Of a stretch of DNA of 64,000 nucleotides, positions 28,129 to 41,442 are shown one piece after another. Both the position numbers and the translations under genes were made by a program. Every line of letters starts with the position of its first letter. Within the stretch, counting starts at the first letter, position 1. The notes under the pieces were generated by a model. That model was not told the origin of the DNA and did not search any database. It saw nothing but the letters and a program-made list of their open reading frames with translations. This DNA comes from Tubulanus polymorphus (lineage: Eukaryota; Animalia; Nemertea). The stretch lies in contig NC_134026.1 in the NCBI RefSeq assembly GCF_964204645.1, positions 31,270,150-31,334,149 on the forward strand, read 5' to 3'.

Positions 28129-29177
28129 TAGTGATGTTAAACGCTTTTAATCAATTTTCAACAGATAAAATACAATTTTTTCTTTTCGTCTACTCCAGAG
28201 TCCTCCATTCATGATTGCAATACACGTACCCTGGTAAGCGAGGATTCGAATCGATTTGTCGGTATATCATAAACCCAGGTGTTGCTTGTAAATAGAGAGA
28301 ATGAGAGAGAGAGAGACTCTCATCAATTTATTTGGTTTGACAGCAGCTCAACTGCGGAGAATACTAGACGAGAAATTTATCATCGCAATATTCAATATAA
28401 TTTTCTTCCCTTTGGCTCGATAAATAAATGAATAAATGTCGAAAATGGGTAGAAAATAATCGGAATCATTTCAATTTGCAGTGACTGAACATGACGCGAC
28501 GCCGCTATATTTACTCCAGTTTGTATAAAAGGTGTAATCGGGCAGAAAACGATTTACACCGCGATACATCGGAACAGTGACCGACTCATTCAATGAAAAC
28601 ACTCAAATATATCAATATCAAATGACCACAATCTTCCGCTAGGCTGAACCTGAATCGACACGGTTAAAATAGGATTAGGTTCTAAAGTAAATTGATGATG
28701 CTCAATAGGTAAAAGTTCACGCTCTCCTCTGCCTACAAGTGGTTACTCTGATACAGAATGAATTCACATAGTGTTAATGGACAAACTTGTTAGGGGGATA
28801 CATGGAGGCAGCCATTTTTTTATCGGAAGGATCTTGGTGTGTGTCCTAAACGCGCATTCCACTGCTGTATATAAAACTATTCTGTAAGAAATGTAAAACT
28901 TACAAAAATAGTGAAAGATAATTATCTTAGTATAAACAAATTGTCTATAAACATGAAGTGGGTTGAGAGTGAGGGAGAGAGGGAGAGAGGGGGAGAGGGG
29001 GAGAGGGGAGAGAGGGGAGAGAGGGGAGAGTTCTGTAAACATTTAGATGTGGGTATGGTATAGCAGGTATAAACCAGTTCTCGTTCTATGGAATCTATGA
29101 AAATGCATGAAAAATGTTTATGATGAAACTGTTTGAGGAGTTCGACCCGTTTTTGAGATGTCCTGAGACGCTATAAG

Positions 29178-29638
29178 ATCCGTTACATAGTCATGGCTTA
29201 GTTTTAAGACCAGTCCAAGACAATTGTAGTTCCATAGCCAATCTAACAACTTAAGACAAGTTTAAGCTCATGTTGGTTCTATAACCAATCTAGCAACTTA
29301 AGACCAGTCTAAACTCATTTTGGTTCTATAACCAATCTAACAACTTAAGACCAGTCATTTTGGTTTTATAACCAATCTAACAACTTAAGACCAGTCTAAG
29401 CCCATTTTGGTTCTATAGCCAATCTAACAACTTAAGACCAGTCTAAGCCCATTTTGCTTCTATAACCAATCTAACAACTTAAGACCAGTCTAAACTCATT
29501 TTGGTTTTATAACCAATCTAACAACTTAAGACCAGTCTAAACTCATTTTGGTTTTATAACCAATCTAACAACTTAAGACCAGTCTTATGTTTTAAAACCA
29601 CTTTTGGACTTGATTCACGACTGCGCAATTGGGCCCTG
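29178..29638. mobile_element. 47-bp-array MITE copy (~8 units)
   Basis: ccgttacatagtcatggctta ... tgattcacgactgcgcaattgggccctg. Confidence 0.85.
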
Positions 29639-29987
29639 GTTATTCTATTGTATTCTGTGTTGACTGTTTGTGTTAAGATGAATCTCTGTGATGTTTATAA
29701 GGTTGAGTAGATACAGAATATGGGGTCTGGTTGTCTGTCTGTAATACCGTACTCGCGCTCCATCGAACCGAAAGTATTGGTCAACCCACAATGTCTAAAC
29801 CATCTTCATTAAACCAGACAACAGTTCACTGAATCTATCATCCAACCATCGACTCACAACTCGCTACAGAAACTCATCACAACTCGCTACAGAAACTCAT
29901 CACAACTCGCTACAGAAACGACGAGAGAAATGCCACAATAACGAAGCCAAGATTGAAAAATTCTATATCAGAATGATTGTATTTGAG

Positions 29988-30030
29988 GAGCGACGTTTCG
30001 GCTAACAACTGTTAGCCATCATCAGGAGTA
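29988..30030 (-). ncRNA. Minimal hammerhead-like motif, second family
   Basis: The minus strand reads CTGATGA-T-GGCTAAC-agtt-GTTAGCC-GAAA-CG-TC, homologous to the motif at ~80-125. Stem I pairing is weak. Confidence 0.55.
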
Positions 30031-30168
30031 CTGCCCACAGAAACTCGCTAAAGAGACTAATAGCTTGCTGCATAAACTCAACATAACTCATTCCATAAAC
30101 TCAAATTCGCTCATTATGAGAATTACCCTTTTTTGAAATTACATAGGTCTGTTAGTTCGGGAAACGTA

Positions 30169-30352
<184 letters not shown>

Positions 30353-30789
30353 GTATTAATTATATCTATTTTCGGCGACATTTAGATTCGTCGCAAAATT
30401 CACAGAGACAAATCGTAATGCGCAAAGAATCAGCTTTATTGCATCAATAGCACATTAAACCTTACCTAACTTATACCTGCAATATGACATTTGAAGTTGA
30501 AAAGATAACTGGAAAAACCACACCTACAGTTCGTGAGGCCTGAGGGGCTTGAGTCGTCTGAATTTCATCATTACGGATAGGTTTGCTAATTCGGATCAAT
30601 ATGCAAATGATTTTGTCGGTCTCGCATGTCGTCGCGGTATTTTATGCGCGGCGAATATATTGCGACAGTCAATGTTGACGGGAATAATGTGTCTTTGTCC
30701 TGTGAAAACTGGCAGTAATGATCTCCTCATAGACCAGCAGGAGTTCAGCAGCATCTCAATCATCGTCAGATACCAGTCGGGGAAACTAG

Positions 30790-31110
30790 CTGTAGGCCCA
30801 CTGAACACTGTAGGCCCAGGGCGTCTAGCCAGAACACTAGGCCCAGGGCAACTAGCCAGGACACTGTCGGCCCAGGGCGTCTAGCCGGAACATTGTAGGC
30901 CCAGGGCGTCTAGCCAGAACACTGTCGGCCCAGGGCGTCTAGCCAGAACACTGTAGACCGAGGGCGTCTAGCAAGCCCTAGGGCGCCTAGCCAAAACACT
31001 GTAGGCCCAGGGCATCTAGCCAGGACACTGTAGGCCTAGGGCGTCTAGCCAGAACACTGTAGGCCCAGGACGCCTAACCAGAAAACTGCAGGCCCAGTGT
31101 GCCTAGCTAG
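30790..31110. repeat. 29-bp minisatellite, ~10 degenerate copies
   Basis: Unit ccagaacactgtaggcccagggcgtctag. Confidence 0.9.
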
Positions 31111-31609
31111 GGTAGTATGTATGTAAAGGACGCCTAGCCAAATCCTAACTACACGCCTATAGCCAGCAAAATAGAAAAAAATATAGAAACATTTTACCGC
31201 GTGAATAAATAAACAAACGGCTTAAAACTAACAAAGGTCCGAAATCTAAAGGGCCGCCATCTGAGCTATACACAGACTGGGAGCTTTTATAAAAACCACT
31301 TTCTATAGAAACTGTTTAAGATATTGCTATCCACATCTTCACACATTGAAACACATTAATTCTGACGTCGTCATTCGTTCAAAAGGTCACATAGCCTGCA
31401 GAAAAGTTGCCTCTAATAAAGTCATCGGTCCATCATTACTCATTCGCTTCATGGGTCTCATGTGTTTGACACAGAGTTTTTAATAAACCAGTGTTTAGCG
31501 CAGCAGAGCAGTAGAGTAATTATACTGACAGATAGTAACTACCTCTCCGAGTCACAAAGACAATGTACTTTCTCATAATCCCTGTGAACTATAAGAAATA
31601 AAAAATACA

Positions 31610-31846
31610 GTACGAAATGTTTTCTACTTGAGCTAGTTTTCATTTCAACGCCCTTAGACTGTCTAACTAAAGTATTCCTCAATATGGCTTATTACTAGTT
31701 CAAGGAAACATCGTTATTATTAAGCGTTGGATTTTATATTATCTTTACAACACGGAATCAGCGTGTTGTTTCATCAATGGTTATAATGAGGACAACATCA
31801 GTATTACTGAAGATGTTTCGACTATATCCTATCATAGACCTGTATT
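31610..31846 (+). mobile_element. Body of the hammerhead-bearing dispersed repeat, preceding the array
   Basis: ctagttcaaggaaaca...ggattttatat...tttacaacacggaatca...gtttcatcaatggttataatgaggacaacatcagtattactgaagatg, then an inverted stem-II fragment. Confidence 0.7.
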
Positions 31847-32590
31847 CCTGAAGATGACTATTAGGATATAGTGGAAACGTTGAATAAACTACACTAGCTC
31901 AAGGAATACAGTATTCCTGAAGATGACTATTAGGATATAGTCGAAACGTTGAATAAACTACACTAGCTCAAGGAATACAGTATTCCTGAAGATGACTATT
32001 AGGATATAGTCGAATCGTTGAATACACTACACTAGCTCCAGGAATACAGTATTCCTGAAGATGACTATTAGGATAAAGTCGAAACGTTGAATAAACTACA
32101 CTAGCTCAAGGAATACAGTATTCCTGAAGATGACTATTAGGATATAGTCGAAACGTTGAATAAACTACACTAGCTCACTGAATACAGTATTCCTGAAGAT
32201 GACTATTAGGATAAAGTCGAAACGTTGAATAAACTACACTAGCTCAAGGAATACAGTATTCCTGAAGATCACTATTAGGATATAGTCGAAACGTTGAATA
32301 AACTACACTAGCTCAAGGAATACAGTATTCCTGAAGATGACTATCAGAATAAAGTCGAAACGTTGAATAAACTACACTAGCTCAAGGAATACAGTATTCC
32401 TGAAGATGACTATTAGGATAAAGTCGAAACGTTGAATAAACTACACTAGCTCAAGGAATACAGTATTCCTGAAGATGACTATTAGGATAAAGTCGAAACG
32501 TTGAATAAACTACACTAGCTCAAGGAATACAGTATTCCTGAAGATGACTATTAGGATATAGTCGAAACGTTGAATAAACTACACTAGCTC
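31842..32590 (+). ncRNA. Head-to-tail array of 11 minimal hammerhead ribozyme units (69-bp period)
   Basis: Each unit reads tattc-CTGAAGA-t-gactat-taggat-atagtc-GAAA-cg-tt-gaata: stem I tattc/gaata, stem II gactat/atagtc, palindromic AACGTT at helix III. Unit starts fall at 31847+69n up to 32537. Confidence 0.8.
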
Positions 32591-33249
32591 CAAGAAACGC
32601 GCGCTCATCAGTGTTTTCAGCCATTATTTTTTTCTCAGAGACAAAGTCACTATCCACACCTCCCGTTATTACCTCTCTACAATTTAAATACCCGTTTTTT
32701 GTTCATATTCATTTCGATTTTAATTCGCCTGATAAATAGCACAATATTTCTCCTAATAGACTTAAACGAATGACATTTTGAAATCATAGTTTTATCGAAT
32801 GAACATCTATATTGTGTACTGGCTATTTCTATACGGACCAGTTATCAATGTGAAATATATATAACCCGACATTGTTTACATGCAATAAACAAAATTATCA
32901 AAATAATGACAATTTGAAAATAGTTTTTTGACTCCGGTAAAAATATGGCAATTAGCATTGCGCTTACCTTATATCAGTATCAGTAACAGGGGACGGATAG
33001 AGTAGTATCCATAACACTCTCCACGATCACTCGGCTATACACGTATCTAAATTCTCAATTGACAATTGACAATTGCGAAATAATCCATAATTAAAACTTT
33101 GCGACTTTGTATGAACGTCGACGCGATATGAAACAAATAAACCAGTAACATCAAGAAGACATCAATGGATTGACGAGAAGGTTTATAAATGTTTGATACT
33201 CTGCGCGTACAGTTGCGTCTAGCTAGTCGAGTTGACTCAACGACTACTG

Positions 33250-33250
<1 letters not shown>

Positions 33251-33289
<39 letters not shown>

Positions 33290-33290
33290 C
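33251..33290. repeat. (CT)n microsatellite
   Basis: Read directly. Confidence 0.9.
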
Positions 33291-34154
33291 ACTGTAGCCG
33301 CCGCGGCCGCCGCGCTCAACGGGAAGCGTTAAAAACTAATAGGACGTGTTACAAAGACTTCGTTTCATTATGATTTATAACTCATAGCTCTCGCTGGTCG
33401 TCGTCGACACTTTTGGCGATTCATTCATAGCAGGCGGTTGGGCAGAAAAAAAGAACACGTTAGAATCTAACACTTGGCCCATTGTAAGTTCTCACCCGCT
33501 AGGCCTATTATAGGCACCCGAACTATTGTACACCTGGGCCAGACAATAGAACTGGCTTGTGTTCTTTACACGTTTCATTCACGTTCATGAAGTAATAAAA
33601 TCTGAACATGATTCTTCATAAAGATTAATAATTTATTTTTATTGAAAGTCATCCGAACAGAAAATTGATTAATTACAACAAGCTGAGGGAATCGTATGAA
33701 CCTAATTTACTGCCCTAGATTTCACGATATTCTATTTTAACTGATCGTGTAGGATGTAGAAACTTGTGTCTGCTCGTTCGGCGGGAGGATTCAGTCTCAG
33801 ACGCGTCGGGTCGCTCTGACGGATGGAATAAACATCAATAAATTGTATTGAATTTGACCACGGCGTCTCACACGATGTTGATCGGAATAATCTTAAACCG
33901 ATCAATAATATCGATCGATCGATCGATCGATCTATTGATCGAATAGTGTATGATATTCCGGAGACTTCATCAAACGATAAGTAAATTAACAATTTAACGA
34001 TATATCATTGATTTTACACATGAAGTGTGACGTAGTACACATCAAATATTCACGCCTGCTGTGTATGATGTTGAATGTCTGTATTCATCAATGGCAAACT
34101 CTGAAGCTACTAACATTCTGACTAGTGATTATCAGGGGCCAACAACTTCCCCTG

Positions 34155-34420
34155 TCTCCCGCTAGAGGTCTCTCATATCAACCGCTAGGGGTCGCTCACA
34201 TCTCCACTTGAGATCTCTCATACCACCCCGATATAGGTCTCTCACACCTCCCGCTAGAGGTCTCTGTAAATCCATCACATCCCCCGATAGAGCGGGTTCT
34301 CACATCTCCCCGAAAGAGGTCTCTGTACGTCGCACACCTCCCGCTAGATGTCTCTGTACATCACTCGCATCCCCCGATAGATGTCCCCACGTGTCGCTAA
34401 CACCTCCCGCTGGGGGTCTA
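34155..34420. repeat. Degenerate tandem repeat with CTCF-like cores
   Basis: Recurring ctcccgctagaggtctct, ccccgatag and accgctaggggtcgct. Confidence 0.7.
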
Positions 34421-35191
34421 TGTCATCACAATCAGTTTAACAGAATTTTCAAATGATTACAATGTGAGAATAGGTTGTAGCGAAATAGATTGCTGATTTT
34501 CCTCCCTAACACGACGCGGAGAGTGCAGTGAACGAGTGATCATCTATTTCACCGAACAATATCACTTGATCTATTATAATCTCGCGATTCTTCTGCCTAA
34601 ATTCAATTTCGATTCGGAATCAATAATGTAAAAAGCGATGTATTTCAATCAGTTTTTACCGGTGCAGATTCTATTTTCCCCGAGAGAGAGATAGAGAAGG
34701 GAAATAGAAGAGGCTATTATTAGATTCCGATATCGTGTCGTCCCCATCATTCTAATCATATCATTATATCTGATAAATCACAAGCTCCGGTAACAAAGGG
34801 ACGTCTGAAATGAAAATGACCATTTCCCCTTCTGTAAAGTGCAGACGAATCCTCGTCGAATATCTGTTTAGCGATTCATCAGCGGGTATCAATTTGACCG
34901 ATGGATTAACTTAGCGATGAATGAAACACGGCGCTTATCCCCCTCGAGGACCGTACATCATTTTCCACAGAAGAAAAGGTGCTGCATGACTGGCGCGAGG
35001 AGTCTCGGTGGCCACGGCGCGCATCAGTCTTATGTTTCGCGCAAGCTAATGGCTATACATTAGACGACAATGTCGTAAACAATTGCGATTTGAAACCGGG
35101 GCGTCGGGGTTGGATCTAGGGTACTAGCGAAATCGGTGCGTCTGGGTTGGATCTAGGGTCCAAAGAAAATAAGTAACATTTTCATGCCCAA

Positions 35192-35320
35192 CTGAGAAAC
35201 AGAGAAACAGGAGACAGAATTATGTTTCCGAGGGTTTGCATGCATCGTGTGCGTTTACGAGAAACAATGTTTCCATTCGAGAAACAATGTTTCCAAGATC
35301 AATGTTTCTCTGTTTCCCAG
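35192..35320. mobile_element. Small MITE-like inverted repeat
   Basis: ctgagaaacagagaaaca ... tgtttctctgtttcccag. Confidence 0.55.
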
Positions 35321-36299
35321 CCGTGGGGGAATCACACCTTCATACACAATTAAGAAGTCATTTTAACCATGTTTTGTTTTTTTGTAAATTCAATGAACGC
35401 CTTCGAAATTTTACTTAGAAATCTTTGTCTCACTAAACATTTCAAAAGTTCAAGGTCGTTGAGAATTTCTTCTGCCCTTCGTTCTTCAACAAGGGCACGT
35501 CTGTTGAGTGGGCGTCACGTGAGACACCACGTGACGAGGCACCCCTGGATCCGCCCTGGTGCAGCAGCGGTATCTCCGTCAGCGTCATCTAACCACGTGA
35601 TCTATATCACCGAGCAGAAATAGGTAGATCTTCGTAAAAAGATATATCATAAACCTTTGATCATTGTATCGTCTGCAAATTACATTTTCCGTCCGTTCGG
35701 CTAACGATAGCCAATAATGGAACCACGAAATACGTGTACGCAGACGGGTAGAGACATGACGTCATTGAATTGCGTGTAATTTCTTCCATGGCTGATTTTA
35801 GATAAAGGATGAGCTTTGAACCGTGGTTAATGGCGAAGATTGGATATACTCCCGGTGAGGAGTCTCAGCAGACATTGAAACTATCGCGCGGAGCTCTTCC
35901 GTAAGACAACAGCATATTCTCGCTTCGATAACTGCTGATCTGTTAATGTACACAGCAGACCTTGATACGGCTGTATCAAGTTTCTCCGCGAGTCCATTAA
36001 AACTTCGACACTGGTTTTTTAACGACTGATTCATCGTAAGGTTTAAAGCAGTAACTCTTACGCGGCCATTACGGAGGTAGTTAGGGAGGCGGGCAGATAG
36101 CGGCGCTTCAGATAACCTAAACAATATAATCCGTTAATGTATTGACTGGTGGGAAGGGGATTTCCAAAACTTATTACACTTTCACTGCAACCTCGCTCCA
36201 AGAGATCAACCATGGACTCTATATTTACATATAAAACTTTTTTTTCCATATTGACAGGTGACTTCTTTATGTCAAAATAAGAAAATCTTAATTAGGAAG

Positions 36300-36720
36300 C
36301 AAAACTAAGAGAGTAGTGTATATAGTGACCTTTCGACTCAATGAGCCATTTTCAAAACTAAGAAAGTAATGACGTTTAGACTCAATTCTATGAGCCATTT
36401 TCAAAACTAAGAGAGTAGTAATGACGTTTAGACTCGATTCTATGAGACATTTTCAAAAACTAAGAGAGTAGTGACGTTTAGACTCAATTCTATGAGACAT
36501 TTTCAAAACTAAGACAGTAGTGACGTTTAGACTCAATTCTCTAAGCCATTTTCAAAACTAAGAGAGTAGTTATGACGTTTAGACTCAATTCTAGGAGCCA
36601 TTTTCAAAACTAAGAGAGTAGTGACATTTAGACTTGAGAACATAGAATTGAGTCTTAATGTCACTACTCTCTTAGTTTTGAAAATGTCTTATACAGAATT
36701 GATTCTAAACGTCACTATCT
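36300..36720. repeat. ~49-bp tandem array (6-7 units) ending in an inverted copy
   Basis: Unit ttttcaaaactaagagagtagtgacgtttagactcaattctatgagcca. The reverse complement of the unit lies at ~36641-36720. Confidence 0.9.
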
Positions 36721-37448
36721 TCATGATTATTGGTATTTTTCTTTAATCTTTATAGTGATTGGATAGAATGAAATTGGTCGGCTGCTTGGTTTGCTCCGAT
36801 TTTAGAGATTCGCGTGGATGTGAGGAGAGACCACTGGTGGTAACTCTGAAAATGTTTTTCTTGCACGAGTATAAGAAACCTTGCACATCCATGAATAAGA
36901 AAGGATATTAGATGTTTCCAATTTCCCTTAATCACGAACTGCGCGAATTGAAAACTCGACAAGACACTACATCATATCGGTCTACGGAAACCGACCGAGG
37001 TTGATAGCATTCAGTTCGGTAGCATCATTCTGACCTGAAGTCAAGGCGCAAAATTCTGTTTTTATAACCGACCTAAACAAACATAATCAGCAGATTGGAA
37101 AAACAGTCGCAACTTCAATTATTGACTTAGGAAAAGTGATATATTCAAACGCCGGGACCACGTTCGCGTCTTATACTGGAGAAGTTTCATGTCGTGTTCG
37201 ACTGAGCAAATCGTTCGTCACAGTCGCCTAAAGCGAAATAGGACACAAAGAAGCTTACTTTGTTCGCGCCAGTCAGCAGCACACAACTCGAGACGAGCAG
37301 ACGAGAGCACCAGTAAAAATATAGAAAAGAACGTTCCACACACAAAGCAGAGATTATACTCGGGTATAAGCAGATCAGGGGAGGATACCATAGAATCTTC
37401 GTAGCATCATGACTAGCAGCTTGTACCTCATAACCGCATAGCATCCAC

Positions 37449-40190
37449 CCTCAGTCAATCCACCCTCCATCTCTCCAGTCCTCAGTTAATCCAACCTCCA
37501 TCTCTCCAGTCCTCAGTCAATCCACCCTCCATCTCTCCAGTCCTCAGTTAATCCACCCTCCATCTCTCCAGTCCTCAGTCAATCCACCCTCTACCTCTCC
37601 AGTCCTCAGTCAATCCACCCTCCATCTCTCCAGTCCTCAGTCAATCCACCCTCTACCTGCCAATCCTCAGTCAATCCACCCTCTACCTCTCCAGTCCTCA
37701 GTCAATCCACCCTCTACCTCTCCAGTCCTCAGTCAATCCGCCCTCCATCTCTCCAGTCCTTAGTCAATCCACCCTCCACCTCTCCAGTCCTCAGTCAATC
37801 CAACCTCCATCTCTCCAGTCCTCAGTCAATCCACCCTCTACCTCTCCAGTCCTCAGTCAATCCAACCTCCATCTCTCCAGTCCTCAGTCAATCCACCCTC
37901 TACCTCTCCAGTCCTCAGTCAATCCACCCTCCATCTCTCCAGTCCTCAGTCAATCCACCCTCCACCTCTCCAGTCCTCAGTCAATCCACCCTCTACCTCT
38001 CCAGTCCTCAGTCAATCCACCCTCTACCTCTCCAGTCCTCAGTCATCCCCCTCCACCTCTCCAGTCCTCAGTCAATCCACCCTCTACCTCTCCAGTCCTC
38101 AGTCAATCCGCCCTCCACCTCTCCAGTCCTCAGTCAATCCACCCTCTACCTCTCCAGTCCTCAGTCAATCCGCCCTCTACCTCTCCAGTCCTCAGTCAAT
38201 CCGCCCTCCACCTCTCCAGTCCTCAGTCAATCCACCCTCTACCTCTCCAGTCCTCAGTCAATCCACCCTCTACCTCTCCAATCCTCAGTCAATCCACCCT
38301 CTACCTCTCCAGTCCTCAGTCAATCCACCCTCTACCTCTCCAGTCCTCAGTCAATCCGCCCTCCACCTCTCCAGTCCTCAGTCAATCCACCCTCTACCTC
38401 TCCAGTCCTCAGTCAATCCACCCTCTACCTCTCCAATCCTCAGTCAATCCACCCTCTACCTCTCCAGTCCTCAGTCAATCCACCCTCTACCTCTCCAGTC
38501 CTCAGTCAATCCGCCCTCCACCTCTCCAGTCCTCAGTCAATCCACCCTCTACCTCTCCAGTCCTCAGTCATCCCCCCTCCACCTGCCAGTCCTCAGTCAA
38601 TCCGCCCTCCATCTCTCCAGTCCTCAGTCAATCCGCCCTCCATCTCTCCAGTCCTCAGTCAATCCACCCTCCATCTCTCCAGTCCTCAGTCAATCCGCCC
38701 TCCATCTCTCCAATCCTCAGTCAATCCACCCTCCATCTCTCCAGTCCTCAGTTAATCCAACCTCCATCTCTCCAGTCCTCAGTCAATCCACCCTCTACCT
38801 CTCCAGTCCTCAGTCAATCCACCCTCCATCTCTCCAGTCCTCAGTCAATCCACCCTCCACCTCTCCAGTCCTCAGTCAATCCGCCCTCCATCTCTCCAGT
38901 CCTTAGTCAATCCACCCTCTACCTCTCCAGTCCTCAGTCAATCCGCCCTCCATCTCTCCAGTCCTCAGTCAATCCACCCTCTACCTCTCCAGTCCTCAGT
39001 CAATCCGCCCTCCATCTCTCCAGTCCTTAGTCAATCCACCCTCCACCTCTCCAGTCCTCAGTCAATCCACCCTCTACCTCTCCAGTCCTCAGTCAATCCG
39101 CCCTCCATCTCTCCAGTCCTCAGTCAATCCAACCTCCATCTCTCCAGTCCTCAGTCAATCCACCCTCCACCTCTCCAGTCCTCAGTCAATCCACCCTCTA
39201 CCTCTCCAGTCCTCAGTCAATCCACCCTCCATCTCTCCAGTCCTCAGTCAATCCACCCTCCACCTCTCCAGTCCTCAGTCAATCCACCCTCTACCTCTCC
39301 AGTCCTCAGTCAATCCACCCTCTACCTCTCCAGTCCTCAGTCAATCCGCCCTCCATCTCTCCAGTCCTCAGTCAATCCACCCTCCATCTCTCCAGTCCTC
39401 AGTCAATCCACCCTCTACCTCTCCAGTCCTCAGTCAATCCGCCCTCTACCTCTCCAGTCCTCAGTCAATCCACCCTCCATCTCTCCAGTCCTCAGTCAAT
39501 CCACCCTCTACCTCTCCAGTCCTCAGTCAATCCACCCTCCACCTCTCCAGTCCTCAGTCAATCCACCCTCCATCTCTCCAGTCCTCAGTCAATCCACCCT
39601 CTACCTCTCCAGTCCTCAGTCAATCCGCCCTCCATCTCTCCAGTCCTCAGTCAATCCACCCTCCATCTCTCCAGTCCTCAGTCAATCCACCCTCTACCTC
39701 TCCAGTCCTCAGTCAATCCACCCTCCATCTCTCCCGTCCTCAGTCAATCCACCCTCTACCTCTCCAGTCCTCAGTCAATCCACCCTCCACCTCTCCAGTC
39801 CTCAGTCAATCCACCCTCTACCTCTCCAGTCCTCAGTCAATCCGCCCTCTACCTCTCCAGTCCTCAGTCAATCCACACTCCATCTCTCCAGTCCTCAGTC
39901 AATCCACCCTCTACCTCTCCAGTCCTCAGTCAATCCGCCCTCCATCTCTCCAGTCCTCAGTCAATCCGCCCTCCATCTCTCCAGTCCTCAGTCAATCCAC
40001 CCTCCATCTCTCCAGTCCTCAGTCAATCCGCCCTCCATCTCTCCAATCCTCAGTCAATCCACCCTCCATCTCTCCAATCCTCAGTCAATCCACCCTCCAT
40101 CTCTCCAATCCTCAGTCAATCCACCCTCTACCTGCCAGTCCTCAGTCAATCCACCCTCTACCTCTCCAGTCCTCAGTCAATCCACCCTCC
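37449..40190. repeat. 31-bp satellite, ~88 copies
   Basis: Unit ccagtcctcagtcaatcc(a/g)ccctc(cat/cac/tac)ctct. Confidence 0.98.
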
Positions 40191-40291
40191 TCTCTTCAAT
40201 AGTTTGTATAAGGCGCTCTGTAAATTTGTCTGTCGTCACAGGTGCGCGTGTCATTGCTAGCTGACGATTAGAAATATCTGCTAACTGCAGT

Positions 40292-40325
<34 letters not shown>

Positions 40326-41243
40326 TCCCAGTGACAATATAATAGGACTATTGTTGGGTCAATGGATTGAAGAATGAAGAAGTGTTGGCTGTAATCCGGT
40401 GAAGTGTTAAAAAACTCATCTGTAAACACGTGCTAGATGATTGTGTAAATTCATTCACAATCACCTGGATGATTGTGTAAATTCATTCACAATCACCTCG
40501 CACTAGGTATATTTGTTCTGAATGAGGTGACAGGTATAGCAAATTAGACTTTGGCGGAAAAGTAAATGTTTTCGCATGCCGCTGCTGAGAGTGATGACAG
40601 GCGTCGTAGGTAAAAACTGAATACATTTTTCCGAGTCCGAATCCGTAAAGTTTATAAATAGCCAGTGGGCACAAACACCGCGCTGATACAAGCAGCCGCC
40701 GACGGAATAAATTCTATAATAACAAATTCCCCAAACGAATAAAAATTGTCTTTATTCTATTAGAACCAATGGCCCGGGGCTTGGCACGAGTTTTGAAAAG
40801 GTGCGCACGCGCGTAGAAAAATAGCCATTGCGGAACCCGCGGGCAACAATGCGAACAGTTACAAATAACGGTTGTTTCTGTTGGGATTTCGTAAAAAGAT
40901 ACCGAAATTCGTTGTTTCTAATGAATTACTTCTGAAATCATTAAATAATCAGCCACGTGACAGACTGATATCTGACAGTCACGTGGCTTTTCCCACGTCT
41001 ATTTTTCTTGTATTGCGACAGAATTTTTATGATTGTGTAAGAAACTGTGGAAGTCACCTGCAGCGCCACCTCGTGGCACAGAGTGACGGAATACGAATAC
41101 GAATACGAATATTTATTACACTCCAACCATTTCCATGGTATATGGAGGAGAAAACAGTATTTACAGTTATTACATAAACGGTCATAAAAGCTACAAAACT
41201 TAATTAACTGGTCTCACACATGTACATAATATGCTATTTACAA

Positions 41244-41429
41244 TGACGGAAGCCCTGCTAGCAGCGCCACCTCGTGGCACGAAGTGACGGAAGCCCTGCT
41301 AGCAGCGCCACCACGTGGCACGGAGTGACGGAAGCCCTGCTAGCAGCGCCACCACGTGGCACGCAGTGACGGAAGCCCTGCTAGCAGCGCCACCACGTGG
41401 CACGGAGTGACGGAAGCCCTGCTAGCAGC
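41244..41429 (-). repeat. 41-bp tandem (4.5 copies) carrying CTCF-like motifs
   Basis: Unit gtgacggaagccctgctagcagcgccacc(t/a)cgtggcacgga, whose reverse complement contains CCACGAGGTGGCGCTG. An extra copy lies at ~41058-41090. Confidence 0.85.
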
Positions 41430-41442
41430 CCAACGAAATCCC

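Noticed and set aside
31842-32590. CRISPR array (also the 7.7 kb and 44.2 kb arrays)
   Set aside because: No unique spacers (units are identical throughout or separated only by low-complexity tracts), no cas genes, and a eukaryotic context.
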